A stretch of DNA of 64,000 nucleotides from Takakia lepidozioides (lineage: Eukaryota > Plantae > Bryophyta), in contig CM060731.1 of NCBI GenBank assembly GCA_030704615.1, forward strand, positions 27,466,001 to 27,530,000, in the 5' to 3' direction. The notes under the pieces were generated by a model. That model was not told where the DNA came from, ran no database searches, and worked only from the letters and a program-made list of their open reading frames with translations. Both the position numbers and the translations under genes were made by a program. Below, piece by piece: positions 48,371-60,010 of this stretch. Numbering within the stretch: position 1 is the first letter of the stretch; each line of letters begins with the position of its first letter.

Positions 48371-49110
48371 TAATGGACTCATCTATCTTTACATTGACAA
48401 GCGATGGAGATAATGGACTCATCTCTCTTTACTTTGACAAGCCTTGGAGATAATGGACTCATCTGTCTTTACATTGACAAGCCATGGAGATAATGGACTC
48501 ATCTGTCTTTACATTGACAAGCCATGGAGATAAATGGACTCATCTCTCGTTACATTGACAAGCTATGGAGATAATGGACTCATCTATCTTTACATACATT
48601 GACAAGCTATGGAGATAATGGACTCATATGTCTTTACATATATTGACAAGCTATGGAGATAATGGACTCATATCTCTTTACATACATTGACAAGCTATGG
48701 AGATAATGGACTCATCTATCTTTACAATGACAAGCGATGGAGATAATGGACTCATCTCTCTTTACTTTGACAAGCCTTGGAGATAATGGACTCATCTCTC
48801 TTTACATTGACAAGCCATGGAGATAATGGACTCATCTGTCTTTACATTGACAAGCCATGGAGATAAATGGACTCATCTCTCGTTACATTGACAAGCTATG
48901 GAGATAATGGACTCATCTATCTTTACATTGACAAGCTAAGCAGATAATGGACTCATCTATCTTTACTTACATTGACAAGCTATGGAGATAATGGACTCAT
49001 CTCTCTTTACATTGACAAGCTATGGACATAATGGACTCATCTCTCTTTACATAGACAAGCTATGGAGATAATGGAGTCATCTATCTTTACATTGACAAGC
49101 CATGGAGATA
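48371..49110. repeat. 40-bp minisatellite, 18 copies
   Basis: Unit TAATGGACTCATCT(A/C/G)TCTTTACATTGACAAGC(T/C/G)ATGGAGA, head-to-tail with no spacers; some units are 41 or 44 bp. Confidence 0.97.
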
Positions 49111-50489
49111 CCTCTACACAAAACTGAGCTGGGTGGCTTCAGGCTCAGCAGCTATATTTGCTGTTGAGCCATCCAGCCCTCCTTCTGTAGCCCGGGCCTG
49201 GCCACGTCACACCCTCCACAGCCATATGCTGTGGCTTTGCTTACGTGGAGAAACGACGGGTCCCACCCCACGATCCTTAGGGTCACTTTTTGTTGTTTCT
49301 TCGTCGAGTGGTTGGCGAGCAATGCCGGGTTCAATTCAAACATTAATCCGCTGGAACAGAAAATACGCCAGTTAGTAAGATGGTAAGAAACTGGGGGATG
49401 GTATCTTGTATATTCACACCCGTAAGGGGCATGCCACCCATGCGGCTAAACCCCATCCACAACCAAAGGCCAGGATTGCCTAGAGGACACAGCTCGCGTG
49501 GATTCTAATTACCGGCCAAAAGCAATTCTGCGGCTCCCTCGCTGCTCCGGATCCAAAGAAAAGAGAAAGGCTGGATGACGTGGAGAGGTGTAGGCCGGTA
49601 GATGACATACTCAATCCGAGAATCCAACTTTATGACGGGATTCGAATCTGGCGGGTCCAATTGCAACCGACCCGTCGCGTCGTCGGGCCGTAGTTGAGGG
49701 GTTTAGCCAGGGTCTGTATGTGTGGCTGTGGATTCGTGGCGCCATATCCACACACACTCGTCTCCGGGATCGCCCGTCCGCTCATCACAGTGACCCGTTT
49801 GGACGAAGGGCGGCCCCGTGCCGGGGGATGAGCTCGTCGAACGAGACGGATGGAAGTTGTATCCTCGTACTGCCTGTAGAGGATGAATGCTGATGTGGGG
49901 GAAGGATGGATCATCCACCATCACGCTGCTCGGGAAAGAAGCGATGGTGGTGGCAGAGTGTTTCTTTCACAAAGTCTCGCTGCTGCTGCATCCTGCTGCA
50001 GCTTGGGGTAGGGCCTGTAAGGCGGGGACAGGAAGACTAGATGTGGAGGAGCAACGTTTTTTGATACGCGGAAATGGCAGCTGCGGCAGCTTCCTCCCGT
50101 GCATTTGTCCAGGATTGGAATTCTTCGGATGCTGCAGTCCATGGTGTGCTTTTTGTTCCACCTGTCTTTGGAAAGTAGTCTTTTGCTGTAATTCGTCTAG
50201 TGATCAGTGCATCCTGTTGTATGAAAGAGTAGGATCTTTCCTGTGCAGTTCTTAGTACTAGTTTGGAGAATTTGCTCATTGCAGAGATCTTGGAGCTGCT
50301 CACGGTGAAACAAATAGTAATTACAGCATTCTTCAAATTCGGACGTGTGTCTGCTGTCATTCCCTGTAGTTTTCGTCGGAAACGGTGTGTGATTTGAGAA
50401 GCATGCGACTGGATCGAATGATCATGATGACCTCTCCGCAGTGACAGTGGCTGTTGCTTGGAGGGAATGCAGGATTCGGCAAAGTTAAG

Positions 50490-53400
50490 ATGGCAGGGAG
50501 GTCCGCAGCTGCACTTGAAGGAGCTGATGGAGTTAGTATCGCAACAACTCGGGTTCCGGAAGTTGCGTGTGCTTTTTCTTCTCGTAGCCAAATCACTGGT
50601 GGAAGATCTTGTCGGTAAGTGCTTAATATTCATTCCCCGGGTTGGCTGGAAGCTCACAGCTTCACTGCATTTTGTGCTTACGGCGTTATAAAGTCTTTCT
50701 TCGTCCTTCTATTTCTGCTATTTGCCGCGGGCATAATGATACCGCAGTACAGCATTTAGAGAGCTTTGGCGGCGTTGTGCGAGGCTCTCTGTATTTCGGA
50801 ATTCAGCTACGTGGCTTCCATCACTTTGACCCCGCCTTCAGATTCCTACTAGTGCTGGAGTTTCGACTGTAAGTGTGTCCAAATGTCATATTTGCAAGAG
50901 GAGGTAGGGAAAGTTGAAGCTCATTAAATCTGCAAGACAAATGATGTGCAGCTATGTCGGAAAACTTGGCCTTGAGATGGCGAGGTTCATATACCTTAAT
51001 GCAGTGTGGATGACTCATCTGTTTTTCCTTTCCGAAGTGTTGGACGGAGGAGCTCCGATTATTCTCTTCGCATCAAGTATAAGTTTGTGTCTGAAGTCTG
51101 AAGTGAGTCCAACTAAAGTAGGCCGCATCTGTATGCTCCAGTTTGAACTTTCCAGCGGTCAGTTGTTCAACAAGGGCGCGGATCGTCGTCCCACCATCAT
51201 CTCCAAGGAAACAAAAATTCTCGAGACGGGCCCTGAAGGTCGATGCCGTTGTTTTGACCGAGAACTGGGTGTCAAGTGAGGAGGCTGTAGCCACAGCGGC
51301 TGCTGAAGAGGCCATGGCTTTAGCAAGAGCAGCTGCGAAAGCCGCAAGGGACGCAGCAGCATATGCCCATGCTCAAGCCATGTCTGATGAGTTTCTGGAC
51401 TTCCCTTCAGAAATGGACTTGTTAAGACTGGAGAGGGCGCGCCTAAGTGAGATGGAGAGACTTCAAAGGATAGAGACTGAGCCTGAAGGATGTGATCCAC
51501 AGTCAGAGAGCGAGCAGCGAAGCCAAGTAGAAACATTTTGGGCAGATTCAACCTCCATGACCAGGGAGGAAGACTCTGCTATGGCTGTAGGTTCAGAAAC
51601 TTCAGAAACAGGTAAGCCAAGCTCAAAAGAGGTTATGACTTATGACTCAAACGCTATTTTGGGGGTGGATGCTAAACGATTGTAGAAATCTAATCTGCTG
51701 ATGCAGCTCAAGGCTTTAATCTTGGATAGTTTTCATTGCTTATCTTAACAATTTGTTCATCCCCAGGCAGATATGAATTCATGAATAACCTGCAATGTGA
51801 ATCACTGATCCATTCGCATGGCTTCAGCAAGTCGACATAGTCAGACATTGAAGTTACATAATCTGTATCTTCAGTGTTTGCGCCAGTGCTAATTTACCCT
51901 CTTTTTGACAAAATAATTGATATAAAGAGGGGATAAAGAGTGGCTGGAGTTGAAAGATTTTTGTCATTCAATGCACTTTCACATGAGTTCTGGTTTAGGA
52001 GCATGCAAACCAGAAAGATAACAGTGAGAGCCCAGGGTTAGCCATAATACTTTGCAACTTTGTGTTGGCAGACGCTTTGCATAAACCCTTGCACAAGAAC
52101 AGGAGGGACCAACCAGAAACACCAAGGAAGAGAGAGGATGTTACAGTGGTGAGATCAAAACGACGAGTAGAACGATTGCTGAGAAGGGAGAGAGCATTGG
52201 AAAAAGCAGAGAGGGTTGCTGCTAGTGTTGCCTCTGCTCCCATCCATTTCAGGCCCAAGAAAGCACAGGTTTCTCAAGATCTCTCCGATCCAGTTCGTGC
52301 TTACTTGCGAGAGATAGGCAAGAGCAAGCTGCTGACAGCTGCTGAAGAAATTGAGCTATCCACAGGAATTCAGGTATGGGTTGAATGTCATTTGTGTTTC
52401 CCTGAGCATTCCTTATGTTAGTATCTTCTGGTGCTGGTGCTAGGCCTGCCCTGTGGTTGCTGCTCCAACTTCTCTATCCTCCTCTGATAGGGGTCCTTCA
52501 AGGCTGCATGCAGTCAGTGACAGATGGATTTGAATGGACAGGACTTGTTGAAAATGGAGAAAGTAAAGAAAAGTTTGAAGGAGCAAATTGGCCGGGAGCC
52601 TACAATAGGTGAATGGGCTTGTGCAGCGGGCTTGGATCAAAATGTATTAGAGATGCGGATTAAGGAAGGACAATTTTGCAAGGACAAGATGGTCAGCTCG
52701 AATTTACGTTTGGTGGTTTCAATTGCTAAACATTACCAGGGGCGAGGCATGACCCTCCAAGATCTCATTCAGGTCAAAACTTCTCTTCTGCATTTTCTTT
52801 TGTGTAACATCTAATGTCTGCCTATTTGTAATGTCTCGCTAAGACGCATTACATTTAGGTGGTCGCCACCCTCTTTCCTTGCCACCACCCCAGGAGCAGT
52901 TTTGGAAGGTGGGGATTGGTAAGCAGGGGTATTTGGTAGGGAGTTTCAGCCCTTAGAGATTATGGGGGACTGGCTTAAATTCTCTAAGCAAGCACTTGCA
53001 AATATGTAAAGCTGGCAAAGGTGTCCACCTACCACTCGGAAGGCAGTAGCCTAGGTACAATGTACTAATATTTTCGGAAATAGTCTACATATCTTTTCCT
53101 TTAAGTTACCGTGCAGTGCTGTGGTGGAAAGTTTCTCCTATGAGGATTTTTCATGTAGTTGTAAAAGAAGACAGTAGGCAACCCTTAAATCATGAGAGCA
53201 TTTGAAATACCATTGGGCCAGGATGGGTGTGAGGGTGGTGAGCTTACAATTGTCTTGAATCATCATTCCTTGCACACCTAACTGCCTTACCATGATTCTG
53301 CTAGTTGATGTGACCATGCTAAACTATTCTATCTGGTGTGTTGACACCGCAGGAAGGGAGCATGGGTTTGATACGTGGTGCTGAGAAGTTCGATCACAAC

Positions 53401-55165
53401 AAGGGCTTCAAGTTTAGTACCTATGCCCACTGGTGGATTCGTCAGGCTGTAACTCGAGCTATAGCTGATCAGTCAAGAACCATCCGTTTACCCGTACGAG
53501 CCTTGGGACCCTCATCCCCACCCTTGTCTCTCTTTTCCACAACTACACACGTTCATAGAAAATTTGAGAATTGTCACCTCTTACTGCAGAGGCAAGTGCT
53601 GAGTTCGGCAGGGGATAGTGAAGAGTGAGAAAGGAAGAGTGTAGCTGTAAATGCTTTTCAATTTCAACAAATGCCAAAGCCATACGCTATTTGTACCTCT
53701 CACTACTTCCTCGCTGTTGTTGGTAAGGATACTTTAGAACATCCACAGAATGTGCTCAGAAGACATTGTTTGCCATTACCCCACACCTAGTCTGGTCGGA
53801 CCAACAGGGAAGAGACACTACCATTTTGAGGGGCTCACTCCACTTACCTTGACAGAAACAATTTGTTTGGGCTTTCCAGATTTCCTCTAGAAAGCTCTTC
53901 ACACAAGCATCAATCTGCTGCCCAGCTGTTAGACCCCAACAGGACTAGGGCTTTAGGCTCAGCCTTGAGACTTTGAAAGTTGGTGAACACAGGTGCAGGG
54001 AATATGTTCTTGATTTGTCCTGAAGAGGGTCGCTCTCTGATGAGAATACCGGACATTGTATCAGAAAATGGATGTTGTCTTCAGGCCGCCCCACTCCGGG
54101 CATGACCATCTCCCGTGCCTCTCTGCATTTGTGTATTGTTCAAAGGTAGACTCCCTGCCCTGAGTATAACATCCGTAGAGAGACAGAAAGAGAAAGAACG
54201 AATACAGGGAGGCCCAGAGAGAGAGAGAGAGGTCTGCGCTCAAGAATTTGAGTAAAGGCAGAGGCAATCTAGTTTGAGGTCCTTATGTGTGTTGTCGGCT
54301 GCTGTTAGGTTGCCAGATTCACTTATATGAGGTGATTTCACGCATCCACAAAGCCAAGAAGATGTTGTCTCAGGAGCATGCCCGACCACCACGCGACGAA
54401 GAGGTGGCAGAGCTAGTTGGCATGACTGTTGAAAAGCTGAGGGCAGTTGTCAAGTCAGCCCGGGCACCTACATCCATGGAGCGCCCTATTGGCCAGGACA
54501 CGGAAACAACGATTGGGGTGAGACCCTTGTTCCGGTCAAAATCCTGTTCTAGATGATTGTGATAAGAGCTTTGATGGTTGTGTAAGAGTTGGTCGTCAAC
54601 TATGCTCTCAGTCAGTGGAATTACTGGACTGATCTTTTCTGCATGGTGGTAGGCTTTTTTGTGAAGTTCAGCTACAATGTTGCTAGGACCTGCAGAAGCC
54701 ATTTTTCTGGTAAGTGTATGATCTCAGTCCATTTGCAGTATGACACATAGCTGCCCTGGCACCTCACCTTTGTGTGTTGAGTGCTTGAAACTAGGCTCAA
54801 CTATTGCAAATTCTGTCTTCATTAAAAGATGGGATTCTAATTCTTGAGTGCATTACTGATCTTGCCATCAGGAACTGGTTCCAGACAAAGACGTCGACTC
54901 ACCTGAGGATGCCATAGCCAAGCAGCTACTGAAGCAAGACCTTGAGAGAGTGATGTCCACTTTGAATCCAAGAGAAAGAGAGGTGCTCAGGCTACGATAC
55001 GGACTGGATGATGGACGCATGAAAACTCTAGAAGAGATTGGGAACTTTTTTAAGGTCACACGTGAGCGGATTCGCCAGATCGAGGCGAAAGCCTTGAGAA
55101 AACTGCAACAACCCACCCGCAATGGTGTCTTACGCGAGTACTTAGATGTAGCGGGGATCAGTTGA
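50490..55165 (+). CDS. SIG2: nuclear-encoded plastid RNA polymerase sigma factor, SIG2/SigB type
   Basis: [22 protein letters not shown]-terminal motif; region 1.2 [11 protein letters not shown]; region 2 [10 protein letters not shown]...[18 protein letters not shown]...[11 protein letters not shown]; region 4 [15 protein letters not shown]...TLEEIG...[10 protein letters not shown]. The first exon and start (50490) are tentative. Confidence 0.92.
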
Positions 55166-57299
55166 GATGCTCATTCAGCTCAACATCAAATCCTAAGGAG
55201 AGGCCGGAATCAGGATTGCTCCTGGTTGTTTAGAGTTCTTGTATTCATAACTTCCGAAATGGCAATTCTTTCACGGAGGTGCCAGTGGTAGCTGGCTTTC
55301 TCTTTGCTCCCCATCTCTGAATTGTGTGGGATTGCTTGGCCAATAGTGAGTCATGCTGGCACTCTGTTTTCGAATCTCTCTGTCAAGCCAACTCAGAAAG
55401 GTGGCATGCTTACCAAGCCAGGAAGCATGGCATGGATGTGAGACTACAACATGCCAATCGGTGAAGTGATATCCAACTTCTTCCCTTCAACGTCATGAGG
55501 ACATAGATTGGTTGTGGTTTGCAATGTTGGATCCCAGCACTAGGATTTATTACCCTGAATGGGTTAGTGCACAAATGGAGTTGCTAAAAACCTCCGAGAG
55601 GGGATTAACCTCTAAAGGACGAGCTAACTTTTCCCAAAAAGGGGTATATACCCTGCATTGCTGAGCTGTAACTTCCTACCCTCTTCAATCCAGCTGGATG
55701 AACCGTTCCATCTCATCCCTACTAATACATGAAGGTCCCCAGAAAATTTCTGCAGTTTGACCGTTCCGTTTAGTAGACTAACTTATAACAAAAGAAAATG
55801 GGCCAAGTTGAAACCATGAACAAAAAACGAGAGGAAAAATTGCTTTGAACATGCATGTTTGGTGATTTTCCAATTTTTCTTGGAGAAATGGCCTCCAGAA
55901 TCTGAATAAGGGGCAAACAACAGGTCATCTCCCAAAATCTCAGACCCAAATTCTCAAAATATGGGGGGCTGCTTTGTACTTGAGTTTGGGGGGGTGAAAA
56001 CGGGATCCTAATTACCCTAATGCTTCAAAATGATCAGCAAAACTGTTTTGAATCCTGATTCCTATGGTCATTAGATGCTGCACCCCAATGCAGAGGACCT
56101 CCACAAAAAAAATTTGGAATCAGACACAAATTGCAAGGTGGATGGGGCGTTTTGGCAATTTTCAGGCCAGTGCCAATTCAGGCATTCGGGTGCCGGTCCG
56201 GTGGGTTCTCCGTCGACTTCGTTTCGGGCGACGTTAGGAAAAGACGTAGGGCCCGCATGCTTTGGCGGCTGGCCTTTCCACACACAGGGCCAACCCACTC
56301 ACCCCCGCAGGTCCGCCGCCAATGCTCCACGCATTTCCCTTTGCGCCGGCCATGTGGCTGGTCAACCCCTCAAAACCATGCATTTTCTGACCGCTCGCAC
56401 ATTGAAAAATCGTAGCATACAGGGATTTTACTCAAATCAAGATTTTTTTGCTGGAGCGTGTAGATGAGCGCGTGGCCCACGTTTTTCGTTCAGACGGCGT
56501 TTCCATTGGACTTCATCCGCAGAAACTACGGGGATGGATGTAAAACGACGCGACCTGAATCAGGTCGCGTCATCGTTTAAGGATCGAAATGAGCCCCACC
56601 AAGATGCGGTAGCCGAGTGTAAATGATTTCCGACACGAGGAGGCTCACCCTACCGTGCGTGAAGAATGCACACAGGGAACTTCCCCCTGCCACGTCAGGG
56701 TTTTTCCCTTTGCATTTGGGGGGGCCTTACCTGGCGCAATGTCAGGCCAACAGCCGGCAGGAACCTTACACGTTAAAATCCCTAGGGCGGGGAAATCTTA
56801 TGCCTTGGGATCTTACGCCCTTCATCTTTCCTTTTCTACTTTCTTTTCTTTTATTTTAGTTCTAAGAATCTCAGCCATCCACCACGATCTTCAAGAGATC
56901 TCTACCATCCACCTCCGGAAAGAACCCTGTGTTTTTACGCACCGGAAGTCGCCCCACCGGGCCCACCTTGGTCTTCAGGTTGGACTGCCTGGGGCTACAC
57001 CCTGGGACTACTCCCCACACCGTATCTATACCATAGTCGACCGATTAGCAGGTCTCGATGACGTGGTATTTTCTTAGTGTTTCTGAACAGGTGGGGTTAC
57101 GCAGGGTAGCCCGCTTTCCAGACGTCGCGCGCCTGACACACTGCTTAACGCTCATTGGATGCCACCATAACCTACGTCTTGTCACACGTGACTTCAATCT
57201 GATTGGCTGCCACCATAACCTACCCTGCTCCTCATGACAGGTGGCATGAAATGAGTGGGTAGCCGTCATCTCGACCTGCTGATCCTGTCGACTATGCCT

Positions 57300-57393
57300 G
57301 GTAACCGGTTCGAAGGGGCCGGGTTAGTTGTTAGCTTCGGCGCTACCGCGCCTCAGCTACAACCGATAACCCAGCCCCTTCTCACCGGTTACC
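57300..57393. repeat. long imperfect hairpin next to a ~265-bp segment bounded by inverted repeats (57032-57063 / 57264-57296); probable non-autonomous TE end
   Basis: Nested pairings GGTAACCGGT/ACCGGTTACC, GAAGGGG/CCCCTTC, GGGTTA/TAACCC, TAGCT/AGCTA and GCG-CTAC-CGC. Confidence 0.7.
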
Positions 57394-58553
57394 TAGTTCG
57401 TTTAACTCGTAACGGACAATCCCGTTTTTGGTGGACCGACTACAAAACGGAACATACCCTCATGGATGAGGGTATATTTCTCAGTTGACAAACATCCACA
57501 GGGATGCACCATATGAAAGACACCCTACCTACTTCATGCACTTGCTGTAAAATTTTCAGGTTATGACCATGTGATTAGGAAAAATCCAAGCCCAAAATTT
57601 CTACTGTACTCCAATTTCAGAGTCAAAAAATGATTTGACCAAGCATTTGGCCTACCAAGATGATTTCTCATTCATACAGGCCATCCAAATTCTGATTATG
57701 TGGCACCTAAAGTATGTTGGCCCAAAATTTCAGAGCCGAATTCCAAAATCTCATAAGGGTTGCTTTGTATGGGAAAATAGGGGGTTAAAAAATGCCATAT
57801 AGTACAATTGACCCCCAAATCAGCGTTGGGGTGTCCAAATTCTCAGTGGAACAACACTTCCAGCGGTCATAGTTTTCTTTGCATATTACTCACTACCTTG
57901 AAAAAAAAACCATCATTCTAACCTATGTATAGATACAGCCAAAACCGTTCAACCCATGAAAGGCCCCAGGAGACCCTTTGTTTCGTCGTTTCAATCCACA
58001 AGCAACCTGCCACCTCCAACTACCAACCGTCTTACCGGCTTCCTGTGTATATGCTTGCTGCGGCGAGCACGTGCATCACCCCAAAGCTAGCAACGTCTTC
58101 CCAGGACTGAGGGGGAGTTGACCCCCCTAATCTGCCCTTTGTGCAGACAGTCCCCTCCCCCTCCGCCACCAAGCCGCAAGCATCATCCCAAAATAAGACC
58201 ACAAGCAGCTGCACTGACCCCTAATCCCAAAAATGTTCAACCACCCACATAAAACACAAAACGCAGACTTCACACACCCATGAACCCCACAGCCCGCCGA
58301 CCAGTAGGGAAACACATTGACCACGTTTGGTGTGAAACCCTATTGTACCTGTGTGGGAGTTTTGGATGAAAAGGATGTGAGTAGGCCCCCTTCAAGCAGC
58401 AATACGATTCCAGAGCACAGACAAGCACACCCCACGCCACACGCACTCCACAGCCGCAACCACCACACCTGCCAACACAACCCACCACCTCGGTGAACAC
58501 TGACGCACACAAGCAAGAGAAAGAGAAGAAGACACCACCAAAACAGAATTAAG

Positions 58554-58800
58554 TCACCTCCATCCATGGCAGTGTGCCTCATTCCAGCACGCACCAGGGC
58601 TGACATGGTTGCTGTCACATCCATGGCAGTAATAGTGAGTGCGGACATGGCATACAACACACAACCGCCTTTGTGTTGTGTTAAGGCATTGATGCACAAG
58701 CGTGCAAGAGACATCCGTGGTGGTGCCAATGCCACATTGAACTCTGAGTGGCTCATGGCCCTCCGACCCATCTTGGTGACATGGGCTGAATGCAAGAAAT
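58554..58800 (-). mobile_element. piggyBac-like transposase C-terminal remnant (Cys-rich domain)
   Basis: KMGRRAMSHSEFNVALA, then after a frameshift RRLCVVCHVRTHYYCHGCDSNHVSPGACWNEAH. The DDD core is not recognisable. Confidence 0.55.
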
Positions 58801-60010
58801 TTAGAAAAGTTTATAGCGGGATCGTACCCAAGTTTGGCAGACTTGCCATAGTTGGACATGGCTATTTGCTTTTAACAAAGGTGGCTTTGCATAGCAAACT
58901 GGGAAACAAAATTGTTCGCAGCTCACCTACCCTAGGTCCCATCAAACCTAAATCTTTTCAGCTGAAATTTTGAACAAATTTGCGACTCAATTATGCACTG
59001 GAGTCTGTTCTTTCTTTGTTTCTATTTGAAAAACTTTCCATGGTTTGTTTTGCCATACAAGATTTGAGGGAAGCTCCCTTGATTTCCACACTTGCCCAAG
59101 GTTAAACCTTATAATCTCATCCAATTGTGAATTAATTTTGGTTTTGCACTGGGTTAGGGAGGAAGCCATACAATCCTAAAGTGGACAGGCTTATGGTACT
59201 GAACCTGCAAGGGTGTCTGGTGACTGGTCTAGGAGGCCCATTTCCAACCACCCCATGGTCCATAAAAGGTTACGTGGGTAAGAAATCTAAAAGTTCAATA
59301 TTGAGTAACAAGTTACTTGTCAAGCTATGTCATAGACATGGTGACCCAACTTTGGTCCTTCCAAGGAAATTTGTTTTGTATTCAGTCCTTCCATTTGCTA
59401 GACAAATGGGCAATGACAGATTACTAAAGGGACACATCATTTATCAAAAAGAGGTCATGAGTGTATTAAAATCCAAAAACCACCAAATGTTGTGGCTACA
59501 AATGTTTGGAATTTTTTTATGGACAGACATAAGAGCATAGCAGGCGCCCCTTGAATATAGCCTCCTTCATGGCAAGTCATGCAGTACAGTAACTAATGAG
59601 TTTAGAAGGACCAACCCTCATCACACATAATAGACCAGTCAAACTTAGGAAACAGAAAGCAGACCAAAGTCGATGAGCTCACAGATACAAAGGGAGGCTA
59701 GAAACTTAAGCCCATAACTCACGAATAACAAGACCAAATAGCACTGCAACATTCCTCCTTGTCCTTCCTGGAACACTGCAATGCAAGCTGGCCAAGCTCC
59801 CAGACCTCAGGGATCAGCTTAACAACCCAACATCCCACGTTATATATCTGGTGGAAGTCCCCCATCTTAGAAGTAGATGTAGCACCTGCCCACATGACCT
59901 GGTTGTCCTGGAAGTGGGTACATAATGGAGATTCAATACTATTGAGAAAGTCTCACGCTATCCTGTTGTCATATGATTTCACCACATCGGTCTTGCTGCA
60001 ACGAAGTGCA

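Noticed and set aside
48371-49110. CRISPR-like array, or an array of bacterial sigma70 promoters (TTGACA ... GATAAT) upstream of a sigma-factor gene
   Set aside because: Units are contiguous with no unique spacers and no cas genes. The TTGACA-GATAAT spacing is 9 nt rather than ~17, and the locus is nuclear.
22073-55165. Bacterial-like genes (oligopeptidase B, Era, sigma70) as a horizontally acquired cluster or contamination
   Set aside because: All have many spliceosomal introns and transit-like N-termini and belong to standard plant nuclear families.
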